NCBI GenBank assembly: GCA_019236735.1
Contig: JAFAIM010000088.1
Location: 3,427-67,426, forward strand
Direction: 5' to 3'
DNA from: Burkholderiaceae bacterium
Lineage (GTDB): Bacteria > Pseudomonadota > Gammaproteobacteria > Burkholderiales > Burkholderiaceae_F
Length of the DNA: 64,000 nt
Within the stretch, counting starts at the first letter, position 1, and each line of letters begins with the position of its first letter. A program made the translations under genes and the position numbers. Below, in pieces: positions 1 through 9,863 of this stretch. Below the pieces are notes generated by a model. It had not been told where the DNA came from, ran no database searches, and saw only the letters and a program-made list of their open reading frames with translations.

Positions 1-1
1 G

Positions 2-1648
2 GTGGCGGGCGAGGAACAGGGTGTGGCGCTGGAGCAGCTCTCGGGGACGATCCAGAACGACATACTGAAAGAGTTCCTGGTCCGCAACACCTACATTTAT
101 CCGCCCGAGCCGTCGATGCGGATCGTCGCCGACATCGTCGAGTACACGGCGCGCCGCATGCCGCGCTTCAATTCCATCTCGATCTCCGGGTACCACATGC
201 AGGAAGCGGGGGCCACGCCGACGCTGGAGCTGGCGTTCACCCTGGCCGACGGCATGCAGTACGTACGAACGGCCGTGCAGCGCGGCCTCGACGTCGACGA
301 GTTCGCCGGCCGGCTGTCGTTCTTCTTCGCGATCGGGATGAACTTCTATCTGGAGATCGCAAAGCTGCGGGCGGCGCGGCTGCTGTGGAGCCGGATCATG
401 CGCGATTTCGGCGCGCGCAACCCGAAGTCGCTGGTGCTGCGAACCCACTGCCAAACATCCGGCTGGTCGCTCGCCGCGCAGGATCCCTACAACAACGTGG
501 TTCGCACGACGGTCGAGGCGATGGCCGCAGTGTTCGGCGGCACCCAGTCGCTGCATACGAACGCGCTGGACGAGGCGATCGCCCTGCCGACCGATTTCTC
601 CGCCCGCATCGCGCGAAACACCCAGCTGATCCTGCAGGAGGAAACCAATTTGGCGCGGGTGGTCGATCCGTGGGGCGGTTCGTATTTGATGGAATCGTTG
701 ACGCAGCAGATGGCCGACAAGGCCTGGTCGATCATTCAGGAAGTCGAGGCGATGGGTGGGATGACGCGTGCCGTCTCCTCCGGCTGGGCCAAGCTGCAGA
801 TCGAGCGCTGCGCCACGGAGCGTCAGGCCCGGATCGACCGCGGCGAGGAAGCGATCGTCGGCGTCAACAAGTACCGCCCGGCCGACGAGGAAAGTATCGA
901 GGTCCGCGACATCGACAACACCGCCGTTCGGCAAGCCCAGCTTGCACGACTCGTGCAATTGCGATCGCGCCGCGACGGTGCCGCCGTGCAGCGCACGTTG
1001 CAGGCTCTGGAACAAGGCGCGCGCGACGGCCAAGCCAATCTGCTCGAACTGACGATCGCGGCGGTGCGGGCACGCGCCACTGTCGGGGAGTGCTCCGACG
1101 CACTGGAGAAGGTATGGGGGCGCTACCGCGCCGATTCGCAGCGCGTCAGCGGTGTGTACGGTGCCCGCTTCGAGCGCGATCCATTGTGGCAAAGCCTGAA
1201 GAGCGAGGTCGATGCTTTCGAGCGCGCCGAAGGGCGAAGGCCGCGCATCCTGGTGGCAAAGCTCGGCCAGGATGGTCACGATCGGGGCGCACGGATCGTC
1301 GCCGCCGCGCTGGCCGACCTGGGCTTCGATGTGGACGTCGGCGCCTTGTTCCAGACGCCGGAAGAAGTTGCGCGACAGGCGATCGAGAACGACGTGCATG
1401 CGGTCGGCGTTTCGACGCTGGCGGCGGGCCACCGCACGCTGGTGCCGCAGCTGATCGCGGAGCTGCGTGCGCAGGGCGCGCGCGAAGTCGTGGTGTTCGC
1501 TGGCGGAGTGATCCCACAGCGCGACTACGAATTTCTAAAGTCGTCGGGGGTGGCCGGAGTTTTCGGACCCGGCACACCGATCCCGGAGGCTGCACGCGTG
1601 CTGCTGGTAACGATCCGCGAGCATCTCGACCTGGTTTCCCGCGCGTAA
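2..1648 (+). CDS. scpA: methylmalonyl-CoA mutase, catalytic domain plus C-terminal B12-binding domain (5-prime end cut by window edge)
   Basis: ORF is open to the window edge. Mutase core ([16 protein letters not shown]) and a C-terminal cobalamin-binding region ([11 protein letters not shown]). Followed by meaB and pccBA. Confidence 0.9.
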   Translation: MAGEEQGVALEQLSGTIQNDILKEFLVRNTYIYPPEPSMRIVADIVEYTARRMPRFNSISISGYHMQEAGATPTLELAFTLADGMQYVRTAVQRGLDVDEFAGRLSFFFAIGMNFYLEIAKLRAARLLWSRIMRDFGARNPKSLVLRTHCQTSGWSLAAQDPYNNVVRTTVEAMAAVFGGTQSLHTNALDEAIALPTDFSARIARNTQLILQEETNLARVVDPWGGSYLMESLTQQMADKAWSIIQEVEAMGGMTRAVSSGWAKLQIERCATERQARIDRGEEAIVGVNKYRPADEESIEVRDIDNTAVRQAQLARLVQLRSRRDGAAVQRTLQALEQGARDGQANLLELTIAAVRARATVGECSDALEKVWGRYRADSQRVSGVYGARFERDPLWQSLKSEVDAFERAEGRRPRILVAKLGQDGHDRGARIVAAALADLGFDVDVGALFQTPEEVARQAIENDVHAVGVSTLAAGHRTLVPQLIAELRAQGAREVVVFAGGVIPQRDYEFLKSSGVAGVFGPGTPIPEAARVLLVTIREHLDLVSRA

Positions 1649-1701
1649 CGTATGACTGCCGGCACATCACGGCTCAAAGCGCGGCTCGAGACTGTGCGGC
1701 G

Positions 1702-2727
1702 TTGAAGCGCGCCACCGATCCGCTGCCCGGTGCGACCGCATCAGGCCCCGCCAGCCCCGCCGACCAGGAGTTGCTGGCGGGTGTGCTGTCCGGTCAGCCG
1801 CGAGCGCTGGCCAAGGCGATCACGCTTGTCGAATCGACCCGCGTCGACCATCGACGCCGCGCACAGGGGCTGCTGCAGGCGCTGCTGTCGCACGCGGGCG
1901 CTGCGATTCGGATCGGCATTTCGGGCGCCCCCGGTGTGGGCAAGTCCACGTTCATCGAGGCGGCCGGATTGCATGCGATCGAGGCTGGCCACAGGGTCGC
2001 GGTGCTCGCCGTCGATCCATCTTCCGCGCTGACCGGCGGCTCGATCCTGGGCGACAAGACGCGCATGGAGCAGCTGGCCCGCAATCCACGCGCGTTCATC
2101 CGCCCGTCACCGAGCGGCGGCGCGCTGGGCGGCGTTGCGGCGGCAACGCGCGAATGCCTGCTCGTGTGCGAAGCGGCGGGCTTCGATGTGATCGTGGTCG
2201 AGACGGTCGGGGTCGGCCAATCGGAAACTGCCGTGGCCGCGATGACGGACATCTTCGTGCTGCTGCAGCTACCGAATGCAGGCGATGATTTGCAGGCGAT
2301 GAAAAAAGGCATTGTCGAGCTCACCGACCTGATCGTGATCAACAAAGCCGATTTGGACGCACGCGCAGCGCAGCGCGCGCGCGAGCACTTCGAATCAGCG
2401 CTGCCACTGGTTGCGAATCGGACGGCAGGGTGGATTCCGCCGGTGCTCGTCGCCAGCGCACTGAAGCGGGAGGGCATCGTCGAGTTCTGGAACGAGATCG
2501 GGCGCTTTCGGGAGGCGATGCGGGCGAGTGGAGCGTTCGAGCGGCGCCGGCGGGAACAGGCGGTCGGTTGGATGTGGGAGATCATCCAGAATGCGCTGCG
2601 CGACAGCTTCGGCTCGAACCCGGACGTGCGGCGCGAGCTGCCGGCGCTCGAGCACGCCGTGCGGGACGGGACCATGGCCGCTACCGTGGCGGCTCAGCGC
2701 CTGCTGGCGCTGGCGGGATTGAGTTAG
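1702..2727 (+). CDS. meaB: methylmalonyl-CoA mutase-associated G3E GTPase MeaB/ArgK
   Basis: Downstream part of track ORF 385..2727. P-loop [19 protein letters not shown] and NKAD motifs. Start uncertain: TTG 1702, with TTG 1771 and GTG 1783 as alternatives. The part before 1649 overlaps the mutase out of frame. Confidence 0.85.
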   Translation: MKRATDPLPGATASGPASPADQELLAGVLSGQPRALAKAITLVESTRVDHRRRAQGLLQALLSHAGAAIRIGISGAPGVGKSTFIEAAGLHAIEAGHRVAVLAVDPSSALTGGSILGDKTRMEQLARNPRAFIRPSPSGGALGGVAAATRECLLVCEAAGFDVIVVETVGVGQSETAVAAMTDIFVLLQLPNAGDDLQAMKKGIVELTDLIVINKADLDARAAQRAREHFESALPLVANRTAGWIPPVLVASALKREGIVEFWNEIGRFREAMRASGAFERRRREQAVGWMWEIIQNALRDSFGSNPDVRRELPALEHAVRDGTMAATVAAQRLLALAGLS

Positions 2728-2753
2728 AGACCGGCACAAGCAGGAGAGGACCG

Positions 2754-4286
2754 ATGCACGACATCATCCGGCAGCTTGACGAAAAACGCGCGGCGGCACG
2801 ACTCGGCGGAGGCGAGCGCCGCGTCGAAGCGCAGCACGCCAAAGGCAAGCTGACCGCGCGTGAGCGAATCGAGATTCTGCTCGACGCCGATTCGTTCGAG
2901 GAATGGGACATGTTCGTCGAGCACCGCTGCCACGACTTCGGGATGGCCGACACGCGGATACCGGGCGACGGTGTGGTCATCGGCTACGGCACCATCAACG
3001 GACGGCTCGTGTTCGTGTTCAGCCAGGATTTCACCGTCTTCGGCGGGGCGCTGTCGGAAGCGCACGCCGAGAAGATCTGCAAGATCATGGACCATGCGAT
3101 GAAAGTCGGCGCACCGGTGATCGGCCTGAACGACTCGGGCGGCGCGCGAATCCAGGAAGGTGTCGCCTCGCTCGGCGGTTACGCCGAGGTATTCCAACGC
3201 AACGTGCTCGCATCGGGCGTGATACCGCAGCTGTCCCTGATAATGGGGCCGTGTGCCGGCGGCGCGGTCTACTCGCCGGCGATGACCGACTTCATCCTGA
3301 TGGTGAAGGATTCGTCGTACATGTTCGTGACCGGCCCGGAGGTGGTGCGGACCGTGACGCACGAGACAGTCACTGCCGAGGAGCTTGGCGGAGCGCTGAC
3401 CCACAGCACGCGTTCCGGGGTGGCGGATCTGGCGTTCGACAACGATGTCGAAACGTTGATCATGACGCGCCGCCTGGTCGGCTACCTGCCTGCCAACAAC
3501 CGCGAGAGGCCGCCGCGCCTGCCCACCAGTGATCCGAGCGACCGGATCGAGCCGTCGCTCGATACGCTCGTTCCCGACAACCCGAACCAGCCGTACGACA
3601 TCAAGGAGTTGATCACCAAGGTGGTCGACGAGTGCGAGTTCTTCGAGCTCGCCCCCGACTACGCCCGCAACATCGTGGTCGGTTTCGGCCGCCTGGCGGG
3701 CGATGCCGTGGGAATCGTCGCCAACCAGCCGCTCGTGCTGGCCGGGTGCCTCGACATCAGAAGCTCGATCAAGGCAGCGCGCTTCGTTCGGTTCTGCGAC
3801 GCTTTCAACATCCCAATTATCACGTTTGTCGACGTTCCGGGGTTCTTGCCCGGCACGTCCCAGGAGTACGGCGGCATCATCCGGCACGGAGCCAAGCTGC
3901 TGTACGCGTACGCCGAGTGCACTGTGCCGAAGCTCACCGTCATCACGCGCAAGGCCTACGGCGGCGCGTATGACGTGATGAGCTCCAAGCACCTGCGCGG
4001 CGACGTCAATTTCGCGTGGCCCTCGGCCGAAATCGCGGTGATGGGACCCAAAGGGGCGGTGGAGATCATTTTCCGCGACGAAAAACACGACGCCGAGAAG
4101 CTGGCGGCGCGCGAGCGCGAGTACCGCGAGAAGTTCGCCAACCCCTTCGTTGCGGGGCATCGCGGATTCATCGACGACGTGATCATGCCGCGCGAGACGC
4201 GCGGGCGGCTGTGCCGATCACTTGCGATGCTGCGCGACAAGAAACTCGACAATCCGTGGCGAAAACACGGCAACATTCCATTGTGA
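2754..4286 (+). CDS. pccB: propionyl-CoA carboxylase beta subunit (carboxyltransferase)
   Basis: ATG 2754 preceded by [22 protein letters not shown]-terminus and [11 protein letters not shown] motif. 510 aa. Confidence 0.9.
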   Translation: MHDIIRQLDEKRAAARLGGGERRVEAQHAKGKLTARERIEILLDADSFEEWDMFVEHRCHDFGMADTRIPGDGVVIGYGTINGRLVFVFSQDFTVFGGALSEAHAEKICKIMDHAMKVGAPVIGLNDSGGARIQEGVASLGGYAEVFQRNVLASGVIPQLSLIMGPCAGGAVYSPAMTDFILMVKDSSYMFVTGPEVVRTVTHETVTAEELGGALTHSTRSGVADLAFDNDVETLIMTRRLVGYLPANNRERPPRLPTSDPSDRIEPSLDTLVPDNPNQPYDIKELITKVVDECEFFELAPDYARNIVVGFGRLAGDAVGIVANQPLVLAGCLDIRSSIKAARFVRFCDAFNIPIITFVDVPGFLPGTSQEYGGIIRHGAKLLYAYAECTVPKLTVITRKAYGGAYDVMSSKHLRGDVNFAWPSAEIAVMGPKGAVEIIFRDEKHDAEKLAAREREYREKFANPFVAGHRGFIDDVIMPRETRGRLCRSLAMLRDKKLDNPWRKHGNIPL

Positions 4287-4308
4287 GGTGGGCAGCTTCA
4301 GGATCCAT

Positions 4309-6297
4309 ATGTTCAAGAAGATCCTGATCGCCAACCGCGGCGAGATTGCCTGCCGCGTGATCCGAACCGCGCGCACAATGGGAATCCGAACGGTCGCGGT
4401 CTACTCGGAAGCGGACCGCAACGCACGCCATGTCGAGCTGGCGGACGAGGCGGTGGCGATCGGCCCGCCGCCGTCGCGGCTGTCGTACCTGGACGCCGAG
4501 CGCATCATCGCCGCGTGCAGGCAGACCGGTGCCGAGGCGGTGCACCCCGGTTACGGATTCCTGTCGGAGAACGCTGCCTTTTGCGCCCGCCTCGAATCGG
4601 AGGGAATCGTCTTCATCGGCCCCAAAGCCGAATCGATCCGCGCGATGGGCGACAAAATCGCCTCCAAACGCATCGCCACCGCAGCCGGCGTCAGCACGAT
4701 TCCCGGCCACACCGACGTGATCGCGGACGCGGAACAGGCGGTGCGGATCGCCCGCGGCATCGGCTACCCGGTGATGATCAAGGCGAGCGCGGGCGGCGGC
4801 GGCAAGGGCTTGCGGGTCGCCGGCAACGATGCCGAGTGTCACGAAGGCTTTGCCTCGTGCCGAAACGAGGCGAGGAACGCGTTCGGCGACGACCGCGTCT
4901 TCATCGAAAAGTACATCACCGAGCCTCGTCACATCGAAATCCAGGTGCTCGGCGACGCGCACGGCCAAATGCTGTATTTGTGGGAGCGCGAATGCTCCAT
5001 CCAGCGCCGTCACCAGAAGGTGATCGAGGAGGCGCCATCGCCGTTCCTGGATGAGGCGATGCGCCGCGCGATGGGCGAGCAGGCTTGCGCGCTGGCCCGC
5101 GCGGTTCACTATCAGTCTGCGGGGACCGTGGAGTTCGTGGTCGATCCGCAGCGCAATTTCTACTTTCTCGAGATGAACACGCGGCTGCAGGTCGAGCATC
5201 CGGTGACCGAGATGATCACCGGGCTCGATCTGGTCGAGTGGATGATCCGGATCGCCGCCGGGGAACCGCTCGCGTTGCGGCAGGACCAGATCGGATGCCG
5301 GGGTTGGGCGATCGAGTGTCGGATCAACGCCGAAGATCCCTTCCGCGGCTTTTTGCCTTCTACCGGACGGCTGGTGCGCTTCGCGCCGCCATCCGAGACA
5401 GCCGATCGGGTACGCGTCGACACCGGCGTGTACGACGGCGACCAAATCTCGATCCACTACGACTCGCTGATCGCCAAACTGATCACTCACGGCCGGGACC
5501 GGCAACAGGCGGTCGCCTCGATGCGCGACGCATTGAACCGCTTCGTGGTTCGCGGCGTCACGACCAACATCCCCTTTCAGGCAGCACTGATGCGCAACGC
5601 CCGCTTCCTGCAGGGTCGCCTGCATACGGGGCTGATCACGGAAAGCTACCCCAATGGCTTTCACGCATCCGATGCGGTCCACCCGAATCCGCTGCTGGTG
5701 GCATCGGTTGCGGCGTACGCGCGCTGGCGCTACATCGACCGCGCAAGCAAGATCACTGGCCAGTTACGCGGGCATAGCCGCAAGGTCGGGTCGGAATGGA
5801 TCGTGCAGGTGGGCGCCGAGCCGATCCGGCTGAAACTGGAGCCGGGCGCCTTCGGGTGCGACATCCAGCACGAGGGCGCGCGCCATAGCTTGCGGACAAA
5901 TTGGCAGATCGGCCAGATCCTGTTCGAGGCTGATTTCGACGGACAACCCGTCTGCCTGCAGTTCGAGCGGGCCGGGCCTCGATATCGCATCGTTCATGAA
6001 GGGGTGACACTCGAGACGACCGTGCTGTCGCCGCGCGCGGCTGAGCTGCTGGCCCTGATGCCGGTGAAGAGTCCGCCCGATCTGTCCAAATTCTTGTTGT
6101 CGCCGATGCCGGGGCTGCTGGTCGAGGTGGCGGTGAAGACCGGACAGGAGGTCAAAGCGGGCGAACGACTGGCGACGATCGAAGCAATGAAAATGGAGAA
6201 CATCCTGCGCGCCGAACGCGATGCGGTTGTAGCCGAGCAGCTCGCCAGCGCGGGGGAAAGCGTCGCGGTCGATCAGCCGATCCTGCGATTCCGGTGA
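4309..6297 (+). CDS. pccA: propionyl/acetyl-CoA carboxylase alpha subunit (biotin carboxylase + BCCP domain)
   Basis: MFKKILIANRGEIA N-terminus, ATP-grasp KASAGGGGKG and C-terminal biotinylation motif EAMKMEN. 662 aa. Confidence 0.9.
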   Translation: MFKKILIANRGEIACRVIRTARTMGIRTVAVYSEADRNARHVELADEAVAIGPPPSRLSYLDAERIIAACRQTGAEAVHPGYGFLSENAAFCARLESEGIVFIGPKAESIRAMGDKIASKRIATAAGVSTIPGHTDVIADAEQAVRIARGIGYPVMIKASAGGGGKGLRVAGNDAECHEGFASCRNEARNAFGDDRVFIEKYITEPRHIEIQVLGDAHGQMLYLWERECSIQRRHQKVIEEAPSPFLDEAMRRAMGEQACALARAVHYQSAGTVEFVVDPQRNFYFLEMNTRLQVEHPVTEMITGLDLVEWMIRIAAGEPLALRQDQIGCRGWAIECRINAEDPFRGFLPSTGRLVRFAPPSETADRVRVDTGVYDGDQISIHYDSLIAKLITHGRDRQQAVASMRDALNRFVVRGVTTNIPFQAALMRNARFLQGRLHTGLITESYPNGFHASDAVHPNPLLVASVAAYARWRYIDRASKITGQLRGHSRKVGSEWIVQVGAEPIRLKLEPGAFGCDIQHEGARHSLRTNWQIGQILFEADFDGQPVCLQFERAGPRYRIVHEGVTLETTVLSPRAAELLALMPVKSPPDLSKFLLSPMPGLLVEVAVKTGQEVKAGERLATIEAMKMENILRAERDAVVAEQLASAGESVAVDQPILRFR

Positions 6298-6759
6298 TCG
6301 CCCGGGCGGGCGTTTAAAAGCAGGTGGACGAGCTTGTCGCCGCGTCGGATGCGTCGGATCCGGCGGTGCTCAACATTGTCGGCAGTCGGGTTGATTGGAC
6401 CTGGGGCGGGCTCCGAAACCGTGTCGTCGCCGTGAATGCTTGACTCGCTTAAGGTAACGCGTGGCCTTTGCGCTGCAGCATTCGTTGACCCCACTGGCCC
6501 AGACTAGTACTCTCGGTAATCAAAATGGATGCTTGGCGGAACCGACGCCAAGTGCTGCGCTTGACGGCACGTCTGTCCCCAACGGACAGGAGGAAGTCGT
6601 GTATCGATCGGCGTTTTGGGCGCGGCCGGAGGGGCTCGCGAACCGAGCGCAATTGGCGGGGTCGAGCCTTTCATTCCGTCTGTACCTTCAGCCGCGCCCG
6701 CGCGGGGCGCGCCTGACCGTGCCCCCGGAGCACGCAGGCTCATTTTCGGGCGACAAAAC

Positions 6760-7635
6760 ATGAAGCTCCTTTTCAAGTTCAACCTGGTGTTTTTGCTGTT
6801 ATTCGCCCTCGGGATCGCCGTGGCCGGGTTCTTTTCGTGGAATTTGCTGCAGCGCAACGCTCGCGAGGAGATCGCCGAGAACGCCCGGCTGATGATGGCC
6901 AATGCGTTGGCGGTGCGCGCCTACACGGTAGGGCAGATCAAGCCGCTGCTGGACACACAGATGAAGTACACGTTCCTGCCGCAGACGGTGCCCGCTTACG
7001 CGGCCACCGAAGTGGCGAATGCCCTGCGCAAGAAATACCCGGAGTACGACTACAAGGAGGCGATGCTGAACCCGACCAACCCGCGCGACCGCGCGGTCGA
7101 TTGGGAGGCGGACGTCATCAACCAATTCCGTGACGGCCGCGCCAACGGCGAGATCATGGACACACGCCTCACCCCGGGCGGCGGCGGGTCGTTGTTTCTC
7201 GCGCATCCCTTGAAGATCACCGACGGCGCATGCCTGGTTTGCCACAGCACAGTGGAGATCGCGCCGCGGACGATGGTGGACAAATACGGTCCGGCGAATG
7301 GCTTCGGCTGGAATCTGAACGAGATCGTCGGAGCGCAGATCGTCTCGGTGCCGACGTCGGTTCCGTTGGCTCGCGCCGAGCTCGCGTTCCGCACGTTCAT
7401 GATTTCGCTGGCCGGCGTGCTGGTTGGTATCGGGGTGCTGCTGAACCTGCTCCTGTACTGGATGTTCATCCGCCCGGTGACTCGGATCTCCAAGCTGGCT
7501 GACCGCGTCAGCCTGGGTGAGCTGGACGCCCCGGATTTGAACGTGCGCACTCGCGACGAGATCCAGACGCTGGCGGAGTCGCTAGCGCGGATGCGCAAGA
7601 GCATGGCGCAGGCGCTGCAGCTGCTCGGCGGCTGA
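6760..7635 (+). CDS. membrane sensor stub: DUF3365 (Tll0287-like) heme-c domain, TM helix and HAMP domain, with no output domain
   Basis: N-terminal TM helix, then a periplasmic domain with a CLVCH (CxxCH) heme-c site. A second TM helix follows, then HAMP (IRPVTRISKLADRV...EIQTLAESLARMRKSM) and the stop. 291 aa from ATG 6760. Confidence 0.7.
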   Translation: MKLLFKFNLVFLLLFALGIAVAGFFSWNLLQRNAREEIAENARLMMANALAVRAYTVGQIKPLLDTQMKYTFLPQTVPAYAATEVANALRKKYPEYDYKEAMLNPTNPRDRAVDWEADVINQFRDGRANGEIMDTRLTPGGGGSLFLAHPLKITDGACLVCHSTVEIAPRTMVDKYGPANGFGWNLNEIVGAQIVSVPTSVPLARAELAFRTFMISLAGVLVGIGVLLNLLLYWMFIRPVTRISKLADRVSLGELDAPDLNVRTRDEIQTLAESLARMRKSMAQALQLLGG

Positions 7636-7729
7636 CCGTCCCGGAGAGCGAGCCATCGACCCTCTAGCCGAAGTCCACGGACGCCAGCGCCCTCCCCAAA
7701 ACCTCGGGAAGTATCCGATCCTGGGTCAA

Positions 7730-9181
7730 GTGGGCAAGGGCGCGATGGGCGTCGTGTACAAATCATTCGACCCGGTGATCCGCCGGTCGGTGGCGCTGAA
7801 GACGATCCGCAAGGAGCTGCTGGCCGACGAGGATGAGGCTGCGGCATTCGGCGAGCGCTTCCGCAACGAGGCGCGCGCTGCCGGGCGCCTGCTGCACCCG
7901 GGAATCGTCGCGGTATACGAATACGGCGAGGATGAGCAGTACGCGTTCATCGCGATGGAGTACGTCGAGGGCAGCAGCCTGCGGCAATACTTCGAGCGCA
8001 AGGTACGTTTCGAAGAGCGTGATGTGGTCAGCGTGATGGCGCAGCTGCTCGACGCGCTGCAGTACGCACATGACCAGGGCGTCTGGCATCGCGACATCAA
8101 GCCGGCCAACATCATCATCATGAACAACGGCCGCGTGAAAGTGGCCGACTTTGGCATCGCGCGCGTCGAGAGCTCGACGCTGACCCAGGTCGGCGCCGTG
8201 ATGGGCACCCCCGGCTTTATCGCGCCCGAGCAGTACCTGGGCAAGGAAGTCGACCATCGCGTCGACCTGTTTGCAGCCGGCGTCGTGTTCTACGAGCTGC
8301 TCACCGGCGAGCCGCCATTTTCCGGTTCGAAAGAAGGCGTGATGTACAAGGTCTGTCACGAGACCCCGGCACCGCCTTCGGTCGTCTCCGGCAAACCGGC
8401 GCTGGCGCGGTTCGACGGGATCGCGCTGCGTGCGCTGGCCAAACGCCCTCACGAGCGCTACCCGACAGCGGACCGATTCCGCACCGATCTGCTCGACGCC
8501 TACGATCAGCCAGTGAGCCCGACCGTATCGGAACAAACGCTGATCCGGGACGTCGTTCGAGCGGTCGATCCGGGTGAGGGATCTTCGCAGCGCAGTGGAG
8601 CGCGCAAGTCTTCCCGCGGCGGTGCGTCGTCACCATACCGCCCGAGTAGCTCGGCTCCGCACGTCTCGACGATGTCCACGCAGATGCTGGCGGCGGCCGG
8701 TTGGAACGTGGAACAGCTGTCAGCGGTCGAGCGCAGCCTGGCGCATTTTCTCGGGCCGATCGCGCGCTGGATGGTTCGGCGCGCCGCGCGGGAGGCGCCC
8801 GACTTCGCCTCGCTCGTCAATCAACTGTCCGAACAGCTGACAACGCCGTCGGAGCGCTCGAAGTTTCTGCAGCAGAACGCCAGGCTGGCGGCCACCGGAA
8901 ACGGGCCGGCGCGACTGGCCGAGCCGGTGGACGACGACGCCACAGTGATCCCGGGTGCCAACAACTTCCGGCCAACGCAGGGTCCCGGGCCCACTGCCGA
9001 CGACGTCGCACGGGCCGGGAGGCTTTTGGCGGTGCACATCGGTCCGATCGCACAGATCCTGGCGCGGCAAACGGCGACGAGGCCCGGCATCACGCGCGCC
9101 GCGTTCCTGGCGCAACTGGCCGAGGGCCTCAACGACACCGACCGGGAGCGCTTCCTGCGGGACTTCGACCGGTCGCGGTAG
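7730..9181 (+). CDS. Hanks-type Ser/Thr protein kinase with duplicated C-terminal domain
   Basis: GKGAMGVVY glycine loop, HRDIKPANI, DFG and APE motifs. The track start (GTG 7730) lies inside the glycine loop, so the true start is probably upstream (see findings). Confidence 0.85.
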   Translation: MGKGAMGVVYKSFDPVIRRSVALKTIRKELLADEDEAAAFGERFRNEARAAGRLLHPGIVAVYEYGEDEQYAFIAMEYVEGSSLRQYFERKVRFEERDVVSVMAQLLDALQYAHDQGVWHRDIKPANIIIMNNGRVKVADFGIARVESSTLTQVGAVMGTPGFIAPEQYLGKEVDHRVDLFAAGVVFYELLTGEPPFSGSKEGVMYKVCHETPAPPSVVSGKPALARFDGIALRALAKRPHERYPTADRFRTDLLDAYDQPVSPTVSEQTLIRDVVRAVDPGEGSSQRSGARKSSRGGASSPYRPSSSAPHVSTMSTQMLAAAGWNVEQLSAVERSLAHFLGPIARWMVRRAAREAPDFASLVNQLSEQLTTPSERSKFLQQNARLAATGNGPARLAEPVDDDATVIPGANNFRPTQGPGPTADDVARAGRLLAVHIGPIAQILARQTATRPGITRAAFLAQLAEGLNDTDRERFLRDFDRSR

Positions 9182-9227
9182 GCCACGGCCGGCCGCTTTC
9201 GAAGCACCGTCGGAGGAGAAACGGGCG

Positions 9228-9863
9228 ATGGAAGCTCCAGAAAAGAGGGTCTTGCTCGTCGAGGATCACGAGTTGATCCGCCTCGGCACCGGATTGCTGC
9301 TGGAGTCGCTCGGCGACGTGCGCTGCCACATCAAGCTGTGCCGCACGCTCGACGAGGCGCGCGCGGCTTGCCGCGACGAGGGTCCATTTGACTTGACGCT
9401 GCTCGACCTGAACCTGGTCGACTCCAAGGGCCTGCAAGGGTTGCGCACCCTGCGCGACGAGTTCCCGGATTTTCCGATCGCGGTGCTTACGGGTACGCAG
9501 GACGAATTCGTGGTGCGGCAGGCGCAGGCAATGGGAGCGATCGGGTATCTGCTCAAGTCGTGGGCGCCGGAGCAGATCAAAGTCGCCCTGCTCTCGCTGT
9601 TGCGGCCGACTTCCGGATCAGCGGCGCGCGCGACGATCTCGGAACGCTTTCCGAAGCTCGCCGGAACGTCCCACTACGATCGCGTGGCGGAGCTCGGTCC
9701 GCGCCATTTGCAGATCCTCGAACTGATCCTGGAGGGGTGCAACAATCAGGAAATCAGCACGACCACGGGCCTGTCACTGGGTACCGTCAAGAACTACGTT
9801 TCGGCCATCCTGCTGGCGCTGGACGTCGAGAGCCGGGCCCACCTGATCAGCCTGTTCCATTGA
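9228..9863 (+). CDS. LuxR/NarL-family response regulator
   Basis: ATG 9228 preceded by GGAGGAGA. Receiver domain (VLLVEDHELIR, LLDLNL) plus C-terminal LuxR HTH (NQEISTTTGLSLGTVKNYVSAIL). 211 aa. Confidence 0.85.
   Translation: MEAPEKRVLLVEDHELIRLGTGLLLESLGDVRCHIKLCRTLDEARAACRDEGPFDLTLLDLNLVDSKGLQGLRTLRDEFPDFPIAVLTGTQDEFVVRQAQAMGAIGYLLKSWAPEQIKVALLSLLRPTSGSAARATISERFPKLAGTSHYDRVAELGPRHLQILELILEGCNNQEISTTTGLSLGTVKNYVSAILLALDVESRAHLISLFH

Noticed and set aside
385-1701. N-terminal 440 codons of track ORF 385..2727
   Set aside because: Arg/Gly/Pro-rich translation lying out of frame over the well-supported mutase gene. Only the MeaB part after about 1700 shows protein-family motifs.
2724-5682. 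Long minus-strand ORFs 2724..4160 and 4183..5682
   Set aside because: Antisense shadows of pccB and pccA. Their translations are low-complexity (R/G/A/H/D-rich) with no motifs, whereas the plus-strand products are canonical.
6299-6316. Intrinsic terminator after pccA (cgcccgggcg followed by ggcgttt)
   Set aside because: The 10-nt palindrome leaves almost no loop, and the T-run is only three bases. Too weak to call.
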